This document shows, piece by piece, positions 46,677 through 55,383 of a stretch of 64,000 bases of DNA. The notes beneath the pieces were generated by a model. That model did no database searches. It was given only the letters and a program-made list of their open reading frames with translations, and was not told the origin of the DNA. A program made the position numbers and the translations under genes. Origin of the DNA: a virus (taxonomy: Duplodnaviria > Caudoviricetes); the IMG/VR virus record IMGVR_UViG_3300027757_000725, positions 32,001 to 96,000 of that record. One strand, written 5' to 3'. How positions within the stretch are numbered: the stretch's first letter is position 1; every line of letters starts with the position of its first letter.

Positions 46677-48431
46677 ATGAATAAAGCTAGAAAGATACCT
46701 GTATTTTTCCATATTCCAAAAAACGCTGGTACTTTTGTGTTGAATAGGCTTTTTGCCTACGGCATGGCTTTAAATAAAAAGGACCATGAAAGAACTTCTA
46801 ATAAAAGAATACATATATTAAATGATGGCGATATAGCTTACAGGTTAATTGTTTTTGACCTGAATGACACATGCAATACAGACGATAGATTTAATCAAGT
46901 CTCAGAGCGTCTTTTCGAAATAGACATAAAAAAAATAACACAAGAACTAATAGAAAGTTTTTGTGTTTTTGCTTTAGTTGTTACTGATATAAGTTTTAAT
47001 AAATACGAAGAAGAGATTTTTCCATTTATGCCCAAAGAAGCTGAACTTTATAAGCTTATTCCTTTAAGAGATGCTTTTTCTAGAGCTGTATCTATTTTCA
47101 ATTATTCCAACAGCAAGAAATCTTCTCACGAAAAAATACACGGCTTATATAAAGACTATTCCCTTGAAGAGTATTTGCGTTCAGGAGAAGTCGAAGAATC
47201 TTGGCTAATAAGAAAGTTATTAGGATTATCTGATGATCATTACATAAGCCAGAAAAACTTTAACGAGGCTTGCAAAATACTTGATGATTTTGAGGTTTTT
47301 GATTACAAGGACTCACAGAAACTTATCGAAAACTTCTTTTTAAATTTTTATAACTTCAAACAAGAAAATATGCAGTGGATATTTGACTTGTGGTGTCCAA
47401 TTTATAATAAAAACAAAAAAAAATCTACTTGCTCGATAGAAGATTTTAGTGATGAGGTTAAAGAATTGTTTCTTGAGAAAACCTTCTGGGATAATAAATT
47501 ATATAAAAAATACAAATACATAGAAAAGCAATCAAAAAACGGCAAGATTGTAAACTGTTTTTATAATGGTTCCACAAGCGGGTTTGGAGATTTTTTAAGA
47601 GGCTCGATCCATTTATATAATCATTGCAAAAGTAAAAACTTAGATTTTGATGTAGATATAAGTAACCACCCAATAAAAAGATATTTCAATTTTAATAATG
47701 ACCAGAAGATACCATACTTCATGATAAATGACTACCAAGCTTTGGCTTTGAACTCAGCTAATTTTTTACACTCTCTTAAATCACAAGTGACAAGCTGCCT
47801 TAATTCAACAAAAAAAGGAGAAGTAAAATATATATTCTCGAACCTTCATCAGTGTGTTTTAAGTGGCAACAACATAATTAAATATCAAAACAAGATGCCT
47901 AAACTTAACAAAAAATGTTCAGAGTGGTTTCAAAATAAATTTACTTTTTGCAAGGAGGTTGAGGATTCTTCTTCGTTGATAATGAATCAAAACAATATAA
48001 AAAAGGGGGGATTTGATATTTTACACTTTAGGTTAGGTGATATAGAATCCTTTTCAGAAGATTTTGATAAAGAGGAATTGCTACCTAGATACAAAGAATT
48101 ACTTAAGAAATGCTTGGATTACAAAAAGGAAAACAAAAAACCGACTATGATAATTTCTGATTCAAATCACTTCAAAGAATACATAAAAAATAAAACTGAC
48201 GATTTTATTATACCTCATTTAAAAAGTAATCACACCCAACAATCTCCGTGTGGGTTCAATGGATCAACAAACTTTAACGAAGAAAGTCTTTTCCATACTG
48301 CTTTAGATATGAAACTACTTAGTTCCGCCAGAAACGTAGAATCAAGAAGTATATACTATCATGGTTCTGGTTTCGCATTTTGGATTTGCAAAATTCATAA
48401 CGTGCCTTTTAAAATGAAAATAATAAAATGA
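46677..48431 (+). CDS. Sulfotransferase fused to a fucosyltransferase-like domain
   Basis: FFHIPKNAGT and LRDAFSRAVS (PAPS-binding motifs); GFGDFLRG, HFRLGD, ISDS, TALDMKLL, SGF. Confidence 0.75.
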   Translation: MNKARKIPVFFHIPKNAGTFVLNRLFAYGMALNKKDHERTSNKRIHILNDGDIAYRLIVFDLNDTCNTDDRFNQVSERLFEIDIKKITQELIESFCVFALVVTDISFNKYEEEIFPFMPKEAELYKLIPLRDAFSRAVSIFNYSNSKKSSHEKIHGLYKDYSLEEYLRSGEVEESWLIRKLLGLSDDHYISQKNFNEACKILDDFEVFDYKDSQKLIENFFLNFYNFKQENMQWIFDLWCPIYNKNKKKSTCSIEDFSDEVKELFLEKTFWDNKLYKKYKYIEKQSKNGKIVNCFYNGSTSGFGDFLRGSIHLYNHCKSKNLDFDVDISNHPIKRYFNFNNDQKIPYFMINDYQALALNSANFLHSLKSQVTSCLNSTKKGEVKYIFSNLHQCVLSGNNIIKYQNKMPKLNKKCSEWFQNKFTFCKEVEDSSSLIMNQNNIKKGGFDILHFRLGDIESFSEDFDKEELLPRYKELLKKCLDYKKENKKPTMIISDSNHFKEYIKNKTDDFIIPHLKSNHTQQSPCGFNGSTNFNEESLFHTALDMKLLSSARNVESRSIYYHGSGFAFWICKIHNVPFKMKIIK

Positions 48432-49033
48432 ATAACGACATACATGAAAATGATTATTCAGAATTTATTTATGATTATATAAATAAAGATGTCGGATTTT
48501 ATGTTGATATTGGAGCTTTTGACGGGATCAAAAACAGCAAAACTCTTTTGTTTGAAAAAAAGGGATGGGGTGGTTTATGTATAGAGCCTCAACCAACAAG
48601 CTTTAAAAAACTGGAGAAAAATAGATCTTGTGAAAAGAAAAACTTACTGATAAGTTATTACAATGGTTATAGCGATTTTTTCTATTCAGAAAAAGCTCCA
48701 ATGACAAGTAGGGTTAGTCTTGAGGGAGTTACAAAAAGAATACACCGCATGGATGATGTTAAAAAATTAAATATTAAGTGTTGTAAATTAAATTGTTTGT
48801 GCAAAGAACTAAAAATATCAACAATAGATTTTTTGAAGTTAGACACAGAAGGGCATGATGCTAAAATAATTAATTCTTTAGACTTTGCCGAACTTAATAT
48901 TTCTGTGATAATGTACGAACAGTGGGTTAGACAAGAAGAAAAGGAATATAAAAACGCCGAAATAAAACTTGCAAGAAGTGGGTATAAATTAATTCATTAT
49001 AACCAAGAGAATAAAATATGGAGCAAGATTTAA
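48428..49033 (+). CDS. FkbM-family methyltransferase
   Basis: YVDIGAFDG; GWGGLCIEP; IDFLKLDTEG. Confidence 0.9.
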   Translation: MNNDIHENDYSEFIYDYINKDVGFYVDIGAFDGIKNSKTLLFEKKGWGGLCIEPQPTSFKKLEKNRSCEKKNLLISYYNGYSDFFYSEKAPMTSRVSLEGVTKRIHRMDDVKKLNIKCCKLNCLCKELKISTIDFLKLDTEGHDAKIINSLDFAELNISVIMYEQWVRQEEKEYKNAEIKLARSGYKLIHYNQENKIWSKI

Positions 49034-49782
49034 AAACATCTATAGTAATTATAACTTACGACAAGGATCTGGAATTTCTTAAGTATAGCTTGAAATCAAT
49101 AGCTAAATTTTGTCGCTTTTACAATGAAGTTGTTGTCGTTATAGATCAACACGAAAATGATTGTTTGCAAACTCAGAAATACCTTGAATCTATTGGGCAG
49201 AAATACTTCATAAACAATGACGCAAAGCATATACCCATAGGTTACATAAGGCAGCAGCATATGAAATATTTTATGGAAGAATACTTAGATGATGCTGATT
49301 ATGTTTGTTCTGTTGATAGTGATAATATTTTTTATGGCGACAATAAACCGTCTTGTTTTTTTAAAAATGGGTTACCAATAATTGGCATGCAAAAATGGTC
49401 TGATATGCCAAATAAGTCTTTTAAACAATGCACAAACGAAACTCTTGGTTTTAATTCTGATTATAACTTCATGAGAAGAATGCCTCTTGTTTACCCTTTA
49501 TGGCTTTTTAAAGAGGTTAGAGATTACATTGAAGCTAAACATAGTCAAGGTTTTTTAAGTTATTTTAAAAACCTAAAATATACATCAGAATACAATATAT
49601 TAGGAGCTTATGCTTATAGATTCCATAGAGACTCTTTTTATTGGGTAGATGTAATTAAGAATAAAGAGGAGTGGACAGGGCTTTCGGTGCCATGCACTCA
49701 ATACAGTAATAGAGAAAAAGCTCAACCGAATCGTTATGTAGACTTGTCTAAAAAAGGCAATGTAATAGAAAAAATATTTTAA
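49018..49782 (+). CDS. GT-A fold glycosyltransferase (DUF6492-like)
   Basis: TYDKDL...SI; GYIRQQHMK; VDSD; SEYNILGAY. Confidence 0.7.
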   Translation: MEQDLKTSIVIITYDKDLEFLKYSLKSIAKFCRFYNEVVVVIDQHENDCLQTQKYLESIGQKYFINNDAKHIPIGYIRQQHMKYFMEEYLDDADYVCSVDSDNIFYGDNKPSCFFKNGLPIIGMQKWSDMPNKSFKQCTNETLGFNSDYNFMRRMPLVYPLWLFKEVRDYIEAKHSQGFLSYFKNLKYTSEYNILGAYAYRFHRDSFYWVDVIKNKEEWTGLSVPCTQYSNREKAQPNRYVDLSKKGNVIEKIF

Positions 49783-49785
49783 AAA

Positions 49786-50445
49786 ATGTTAATATCACAT
49801 AAAAATAATTTTGTTACCATAGACATACCCAAGACAGGAACAAGAAGTTTAAGGCAGTCTTTAGAGCCATTGGGAGTAGTTGATATTACAGGATCTCCAA
49901 CTGGAGAATTTAAACAACATGGGGATATAAGATCCTGCGAACAAGCTTTTAAAAGAAACAACTGGGATTTAGATAAATACCTTAAATTTTCGGTAGTTAG
50001 AAACCCTTGGAAAAGATACGTCTCCTATTTAAATTATTATTTTGATGATATAAATGATCTTAAAAAGAAAACACCTGAGTCAAAGGATTGGAGCGATGAA
50101 AGGACCCAGCAAGCATACAAACAAACAGACATATTTAATAGTCTAAATGGTTGCAAAACTTCTTATTTAGAGTATATAATTAACTCTAAAGATTCGCAAG
50201 ATTTTTATATTTTGGACTCTAACGGATGTTTAGCAGTAGATTTTTTAGGAAAAACAGAGTCACTAAATAAATATTTTAATCTTTTTTGTAAAAGAGTTGG
50301 TATAAAGGAATCTGCAGAGTTGGTTATCGGAAACAAAAGCAAATACTACAGAGATTACACAGACTATTATTCAGAAGAATTAGTTAAAATCGTAGAAGAC
50401 AAGGAAGAGTGGGTTTTAAGCAATTTTGATTACAAGTTTGAATAA
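49786..50445 (+). CDS. Sulfotransferase family 2 protein
   Basis: IDIPKTGTRS; FSVVRNPWKRYVS; DFLGKTE; YTDYY. Confidence 0.88.
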   Translation: MLISHKNNFVTIDIPKTGTRSLRQSLEPLGVVDITGSPTGEFKQHGDIRSCEQAFKRNNWDLDKYLKFSVVRNPWKRYVSYLNYYFDDINDLKKKTPESKDWSDERTQQAYKQTDIFNSLNGCKTSYLEYIINSKDSQDFYILDSNGCLAVDFLGKTESLNKYFNLFCKRVGIKESAELVIGNKSKYYRDYTDYYSEELVKIVEDKEEWVLSNFDYKFE

Positions 50446-50480
50446 TAAGTTGTGATTGCAAGTGTAATATATAATATACT

Positions 50481-50816
50481 ATGTCTATTTTTAATGAGGT
50501 GAACAGCACTGAAGAACAATCAAGAAAAAAAGCTGAAAGAATCAAATTTTTAGCCCAGAATTTTTCTAAACAAGCTGTAAGATGTTGGGAAGAAATACAT
50601 GAAACTTTTTATATGAGCAAAAACTGCGACCATATACTTGATTTTCTTGGCGAAGATGCATCTTCAGTAATAGAGTTCAACGAACAGCTGTTTGCTTTTA
50701 TTCATGAATCTTTGTCAGGTAAACAACAATCATTGATTGACAAACTATTACTAAAGCGTACAGAAGAGCCAGATTTCGAAGTTAGTGATGACGGAAATGT
50801 ATCAAGATCACAGTAA
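50481..50816 (+). CDS. Hypothetical protein
   Basis: GTGTAA 13 nt upstream. Confidence 0.65.
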   Translation: MSIFNEVNSTEEQSRKKAERIKFLAQNFSKQAVRCWEEIHETFYMSKNCDHILDFLGEDASSVIEFNEQLFAFIHESLSGKQQSLIDKLLLKRTEEPDFEVSDDGNVSRSQ

Positions 50817-50859
50817 TCATCTAAAGGGGTGTTTTTTGTGTATTATCTTGTAATATCTT

Positions 50860-51561
50860 ATGCAGAATCAAGAGATGGAAAACAAGTTCGAAAATTTTTT
50901 TTACAAAGTCAAAAAAAAATGCTCAATGCACAAACATAAACATTTTTTTGATATATATGAAACACACTTCAATCAATTTTTAGGTAAAAACCCAAAAATT
51001 CTAGAAATAGGAGTTGGGCAAGGAGGCTCTCTTGAAATGTGGAATTATTACTTTGATGGGGAATGTGAAATATATGGTATTGATATAGATCCAGATTGTT
51101 TAAAGCATCAAGATACTCTTGGATTGAAAAACGTAGATATAACTATTGGGGATCAAGAAAGCAATGAATTTTGGGATAATTATCTTTTTGACAAGCCGAA
51201 ATTTGACATAATCATAGATGACGGTGGACATACAATGAATCAACAAATCGTTACTTTCGAAAACACTTATGAAAAAATGTCAGAATCTGGAGTTTATTTA
51301 TGCGAAGACGTTCAAACAAGTTATTTCCATGCTTTTGGAGGAGGATATAAATCAGAAGGTACGTTTTTAGAATATAGTAAGAACCTCATCGACGGTCTAA
51401 ACAGCAACTATAGTGATCATTCTGGTGGAAATTTCATACCTTATAATGAAGATCGCTTAACGGCTATACACAAGTCTACAAAATCCCTTACATATTATAA
51501 TGCCGTTTTGGTTTTTCAGCGGCAAAAGTACACAGAATATAAAGATGTTTTTTCAGTTTGA
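50860..51561 (+). CDS. Class I SAM-dependent (sugar O-)methyltransferase
   Basis: ILEIGVGQGGS; YGIDID; GDQ; DIIIDDGGH; YLCED. Confidence 0.88.
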   Translation: MQNQEMENKFENFFYKVKKKCSMHKHKHFFDIYETHFNQFLGKNPKILEIGVGQGGSLEMWNYYFDGECEIYGIDIDPDCLKHQDTLGLKNVDITIGDQESNEFWDNYLFDKPKFDIIIDDGGHTMNQQIVTFENTYEKMSESGVYLCEDVQTSYFHAFGGGYKSEGTFLEYSKNLIDGLNSNYSDHSGGNFIPYNEDRLTAIHKSTKSLTYYNAVLVFQRQKYTEYKDVFSV

Positions 51562-51642
51562 ATAAATATTGAAATAAAACAGTAAGGTTGTTTCTTTTTT
51601 TAAATAGTATTCCCTGAATCACAAGAATGTGTATACATAAAT

Positions 51643-51906
51643 ATGGGCATGAAGCTTTTGACTATATTCGGGAACACTATAAGGGGCGGTCACGTTACAT
51701 CCACAACTATCGGTTGCTGTTACGAACTTTGGAAAGATACTCAGGTTTGGCTTGATAATTGTAAATGGAAAGAGCCTGATGAAGTCGTTGGGGATTGTGT
51801 TGTTTGGTCAGAATCAGAACTCTGGGTTGAATCAGACCCCTTCTTAGTACAAGGAGTTTGGAATGCATCTGAAATTTGGGATCAAAGTTCAAACTGGTGT
51901 AATTGA
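51643..51906 (+). CDS. 87-aa Trp-periodic micro-protein
   Basis: Three W-x5-W clusters; N-terminal half paralogous to 42894; own GTGTAT motif. Confidence 0.75.
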   Translation: MGMKLLTIFGNTIRGGHVTSTTIGCCYELWKDTQVWLDNCKWKEPDEVVGDCVVWSESELWVESDPFLVQGVWNASEIWDQSSNWCN

Positions 51907-51976
51907 TTTTTCTTACTTTGCACTCAAGAACTTATTGATATTTTTGCGTAAAAAGAAAAATGGGTGATAGATAAGT

Positions 51977-52972
51977 TTGGTTGTGATTTCAATTTACATA
52001 GAACATTTCTTAAAGAAACGATTTATCGGAAATGTATCTTTTGATAATGTTGAATTTGTTGATTCAAAAGATGAGGCGGATTTCTGCATAAAAAAAGTTT
52101 TTTTTGATGATATAAATTCTGAGTTTTTTAAGAATAATTCAAAAACAATTTGTCTTATGCAAAGTATACCACATAAAAAAAGAGTTGATATCAGAAAAGG
52201 TTATTGCGTCGACAACAGAGTAGATATACCAACTATCAAGAACTTTTGCTTTAGTACTAATGATTTTTGTAATATACCATATCTCATCCCAACCCCAAGT
52301 GGTCCGATACGAAGCGGGTTTATATCACAAAAACCAAAATACTGGTTAGATTATAATATTAAAAATACAGATTTTTATAATAAAGTTTATTGGTGTGGTA
52401 GTAATTCTACACACGCAACACGAAAAGAGTTCTATGATTTTTACAATACTTTTGATGACGATAGATTTAATATAATTAAGTTTACGTCAAATGTCTATCA
52501 AACCGAAACATCACCAAGTATATATACAGATTACATTGAAGAGTTATCTAAATCTGATATATCCTTTGTTCTAAGAGGAGACAAAACTTTTGCAAACAGT
52601 TTTTTCGATGTTATTATGGCGGGATGCATACCAGTTATGATTTCGTCTATGAATTATTTTGGCTGGGAAAACATATTTGAGAATGTAGATGATTACATGT
52701 TGAGGTTTGATTTAAGAGAACATTCTATGGAATATATTCATGAGCAAGTGGTGCTTCTCTTAGAGGATAAGGAACGAGTTCTTCGCATGAAAGCAAATAT
52801 TGCAAACTTTTATAATAAATTCTTCAAACATTCTGCAAATTTTGGATTTGCGGAATTCCTTATAGCAAAGTGTATAGAGATATACAAAAACGATTTTGAT
52901 ATTGAGAAGATAGATAATGAGTTTATTTGTTCAGAGTTCTTAAAGCTTAAGGGCATAGATGGCAAGTTATAA
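51977..52972 (+). CDS. Exostosin-family (GT47-like) protein
   Basis: YWCGS..TH..R; YIEELSKS..FVLRGD; FFDVIMAGCIPV. Confidence 0.8.
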   Translation: MVVISIYIEHFLKKRFIGNVSFDNVEFVDSKDEADFCIKKVFFDDINSEFFKNNSKTICLMQSIPHKKRVDIRKGYCVDNRVDIPTIKNFCFSTNDFCNIPYLIPTPSGPIRSGFISQKPKYWLDYNIKNTDFYNKVYWCGSNSTHATRKEFYDFYNTFDDDRFNIIKFTSNVYQTETSPSIYTDYIEELSKSDISFVLRGDKTFANSFFDVIMAGCIPVMISSMNYFGWENIFENVDDYMLRFDLREHSMEYIHEQVVLLLEDKERVLRMKANIANFYNKFFKHSANFGFAEFLIAKCIEIYKNDFDIEKIDNEFICSEFLKLKGIDGKL

Positions 52973-53028
52973 TTATAGAAGTAAAGTATAGAGGTCCTTT
53001 GAATAAATTCTGTGTATTATACTATAAG

Positions 53029-53373
53029 ATGTCATGTGATACAGAAAAAACTATAACAGAAATCAAAAGAGGCTCCACTTTTGAGCAATCTTTGAGTTTT
53101 CTAGATGAAAACGAAGACGCAGTTAGCATAAGTGGTTGGACAGCAGAGAGTGATCTAAAAGTTTCTGTAGATCAAGATCCCTTATTATCTTTTGACATAG
53201 ATGATTCTCTTTTTGTTAGTGGTTTGATTACAATATCAGCGGATTCATCTGAAACACTATCTTTACCAGCTAACTTTAATTTAGAGTATGATGTAAAATT
53301 AACTGACCCAAGTGGTTCTGTTTATTATACCGACACAATGTATCTTAAAACAAGCAGACATATAACAGACTAA
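53029..53373 (+). CDS. Small Ig-like/BppU-like virion adaptor
   Basis: Likely start MSCDTE after GTGTAT; IKRGSTF...ISGW...YDVKL. Confidence 0.6.
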   Translation: MSCDTEKTITEIKRGSTFEQSLSFLDENEDAVSISGWTAESDLKVSVDQDPLLSFDIDDSLFVSGLITISADSSETLSLPANFNLEYDVKLTDPSGSVYYTDTMYLKTSRHITD

Positions 53374-54863
53374 TGTCAGAGCCAATTAAAGTAAAAATTC
53401 AAAACTTAAATGGTTCGATTAAGACTGTTAAAGTTCAAAATAAATTAGCAGAAAGCGCAGTCACCTCTGTTGCGGGTAGAATTGGTGACGTTATTCTTAG
53501 TCGTAATGATGTCGGTCTTAGCAATGTCAACAACACATCTGACTTAAACAAGCCTGTAAGTACAGCTACTCAAGACGCTATAGACGCAATAACTTTAACT
53601 GGTGATTACGCAGAAGTTGATCATCAACACTTTTTGGCTGACATTACCAACGCTGGCACTGCCGCTGCTGCCGATACGGGAGACTTCGCTACCGCCTCCC
53701 ACACGCATTTTTTGGGTGATATAAATGATGCTGGCACAGCGGCAGGATCAGACATTACTGACTTTGCCCCAGCCATACACACTCATTTGATGAGTGATGT
53801 CACTGACCTTACTGATGGTCCTATTGCGTTCACGAATAAAACACTAACAGATGCAAGTAACCTAATACATGCCGACCAGTTACATTTCAGGATTAAAGCA
53901 GACGAAAATTTACTTAAAGGTCAGCCAGTTAAATATGACAGCTTCAACGTAGGACAAAATGCTATTAATGTCAGCCTTTCTAATCAACTGACAGACGTTT
54001 CAATAGGTTTGGCTGAAGAGGATATACCTCAAGGGTCTTTTGGTAATATAATTACAGCTGGTGTTTTAGATCATGTAGATACTAGAGATTTCAACGAAGG
54101 CGAGATACTTTATGTTGATGGTCTTGGGCAACTTACTGGAGTCGAGCCTACAGGTGGATATTCTCAACCAATAGCTATATGCTTAAAAAGCCAACAAAAC
54201 AATGGAGCTTTACAGGTTTTAGCTTCTTATCCCAAACAGCCATCTACGGATGTAAGAAACGATTCTACTGTTTCAGGTTTAAATGTCACAGAAGCTCTTA
54301 ATAATTTAAACACATCAATACAAAGCATCGATATTGATAGCTTTTCCATAACAGGACACGAACACTTTGTATCAGATATAACTGATTTATTTACGGGAGA
54401 GTTTTCGCAAACTGGTCACGACCACGTTGTCGCAGACATCACGGATCTCAATACGGGAGCGTTTGCTCTCAGCGGTCACAATCATGTTGTTGGTGATGTT
54501 AGCGGAATTAAAGATAGTATTGGATTTGCCTGTAGTGATGAAACATCACCCTTATCTGTCGGGCAAGCTATAGCTACAGACATGCCTTATGACATGCTTG
54601 TAAGCAGAGTTTATGCAAGTTTAACTGCTACTGGATCATTAAGTGCTACCACTATAGATATTAAACAAGAAGGCTCTTCCATATTGAATTCAACGCTATC
54701 TATAAGTGCTGGAGCTAACAATGGAGAAACCAACCTATTTAGCGGCGCTGCTTCTACATTTTCTTTATCTAAAGGTGATCTACTCACCATAGATATAACA
54801 GCTATAGATGCAGCAGGAACAGATGCAGGATTAAAAGTTTACCTAGAAGGGGAAATTAATTAA
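53373..54863 (+). CDS. Tail fibre protein with HxH repeats and C-terminal adaptor domain
   Basis: VTSVAGRIGDV, VGLSNVNNTSDLNKPVS, six HxHxxxDI/V repeats, C-terminal ACSDET...MPY...AGLKVYLEG. Confidence 0.8.
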   Translation: MSEPIKVKIQNLNGSIKTVKVQNKLAESAVTSVAGRIGDVILSRNDVGLSNVNNTSDLNKPVSTATQDAIDAITLTGDYAEVDHQHFLADITNAGTAAAADTGDFATASHTHFLGDINDAGTAAGSDITDFAPAIHTHLMSDVTDLTDGPIAFTNKTLTDASNLIHADQLHFRIKADENLLKGQPVKYDSFNVGQNAINVSLSNQLTDVSIGLAEEDIPQGSFGNIITAGVLDHVDTRDFNEGEILYVDGLGQLTGVEPTGGYSQPIAICLKSQQNNGALQVLASYPKQPSTDVRNDSTVSGLNVTEALNNLNTSIQSIDIDSFSITGHEHFVSDITDLFTGEFSQTGHDHVVADITDLNTGAFALSGHNHVVGDVSGIKDSIGFACSDETSPLSVGQAIATDMPYDMLVSRVYASLTATGSLSATTIDIKQEGSSILNSTLSISAGANNGETNLFSGAASTFSLSKGDLLTIDITAIDAAGTDAGLKVYLEGEIN

Positions 54864-54864
54864 A

Positions 54865-55383
54865 ATGAATTTATATACAATATATGACTCCAACAATCAA
54901 AAAGCTATAGCCAAGGATCGACCTTGGCCTACTGCTGACGGAGTTACTGTCCCAGATATGGAAGAGGGTATTTATATACTATTTCAGGTCACAGAGGTTA
55001 GACCTTTACATGATCCTGCTACGCAAAAACTTAAAAGACTTCCTGTTAGTTATGATATAGCAAACAAAACAGCGACAATAAAAAGCTGGGAGGTTGTCGA
55101 TCTAACACAAGATGAAATTGATGCTAAAATTCCTGCTCATGTTGACATTGGAGGTATCAAGTATGATGTCTCAGAGCAAGCTCAGAACGCCTTTACTCGT
55201 ATGACTAGTCTGATAGATCATGCAGGGATGGATTTAACGGACGAGGTTTCTGTTAAAGATGTATTTGGTGTTAGTCATACAATCACCGTCGAGGTGTATA
55301 ATTCAGATATGATTCAATATGGTCTTCATTGCTATTCCTTGTTTTTTGTAGAGCCAGAGCCAGTTGATCCAGACATTATTTAA
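54865..55383 (+). CDS. Putative tail fibre assembly/accessory protein
   Basis: P.HDPATQKL...WEVVDL..DEI motif; position between fibre and lectin genes. Confidence 0.6.
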   Translation: MNLYTIYDSNNQKAIAKDRPWPTADGVTVPDMEEGIYILFQVTEVRPLHDPATQKLKRLPVSYDIANKTATIKSWEVVDLTQDEIDAKIPAHVDIGGIKYDVSEQAQNAFTRMTSLIDHAGMDLTDEVSVKDVFGVSHTITVEVYNSDMIQYGLHCYSLFFVEPEPVDPDII

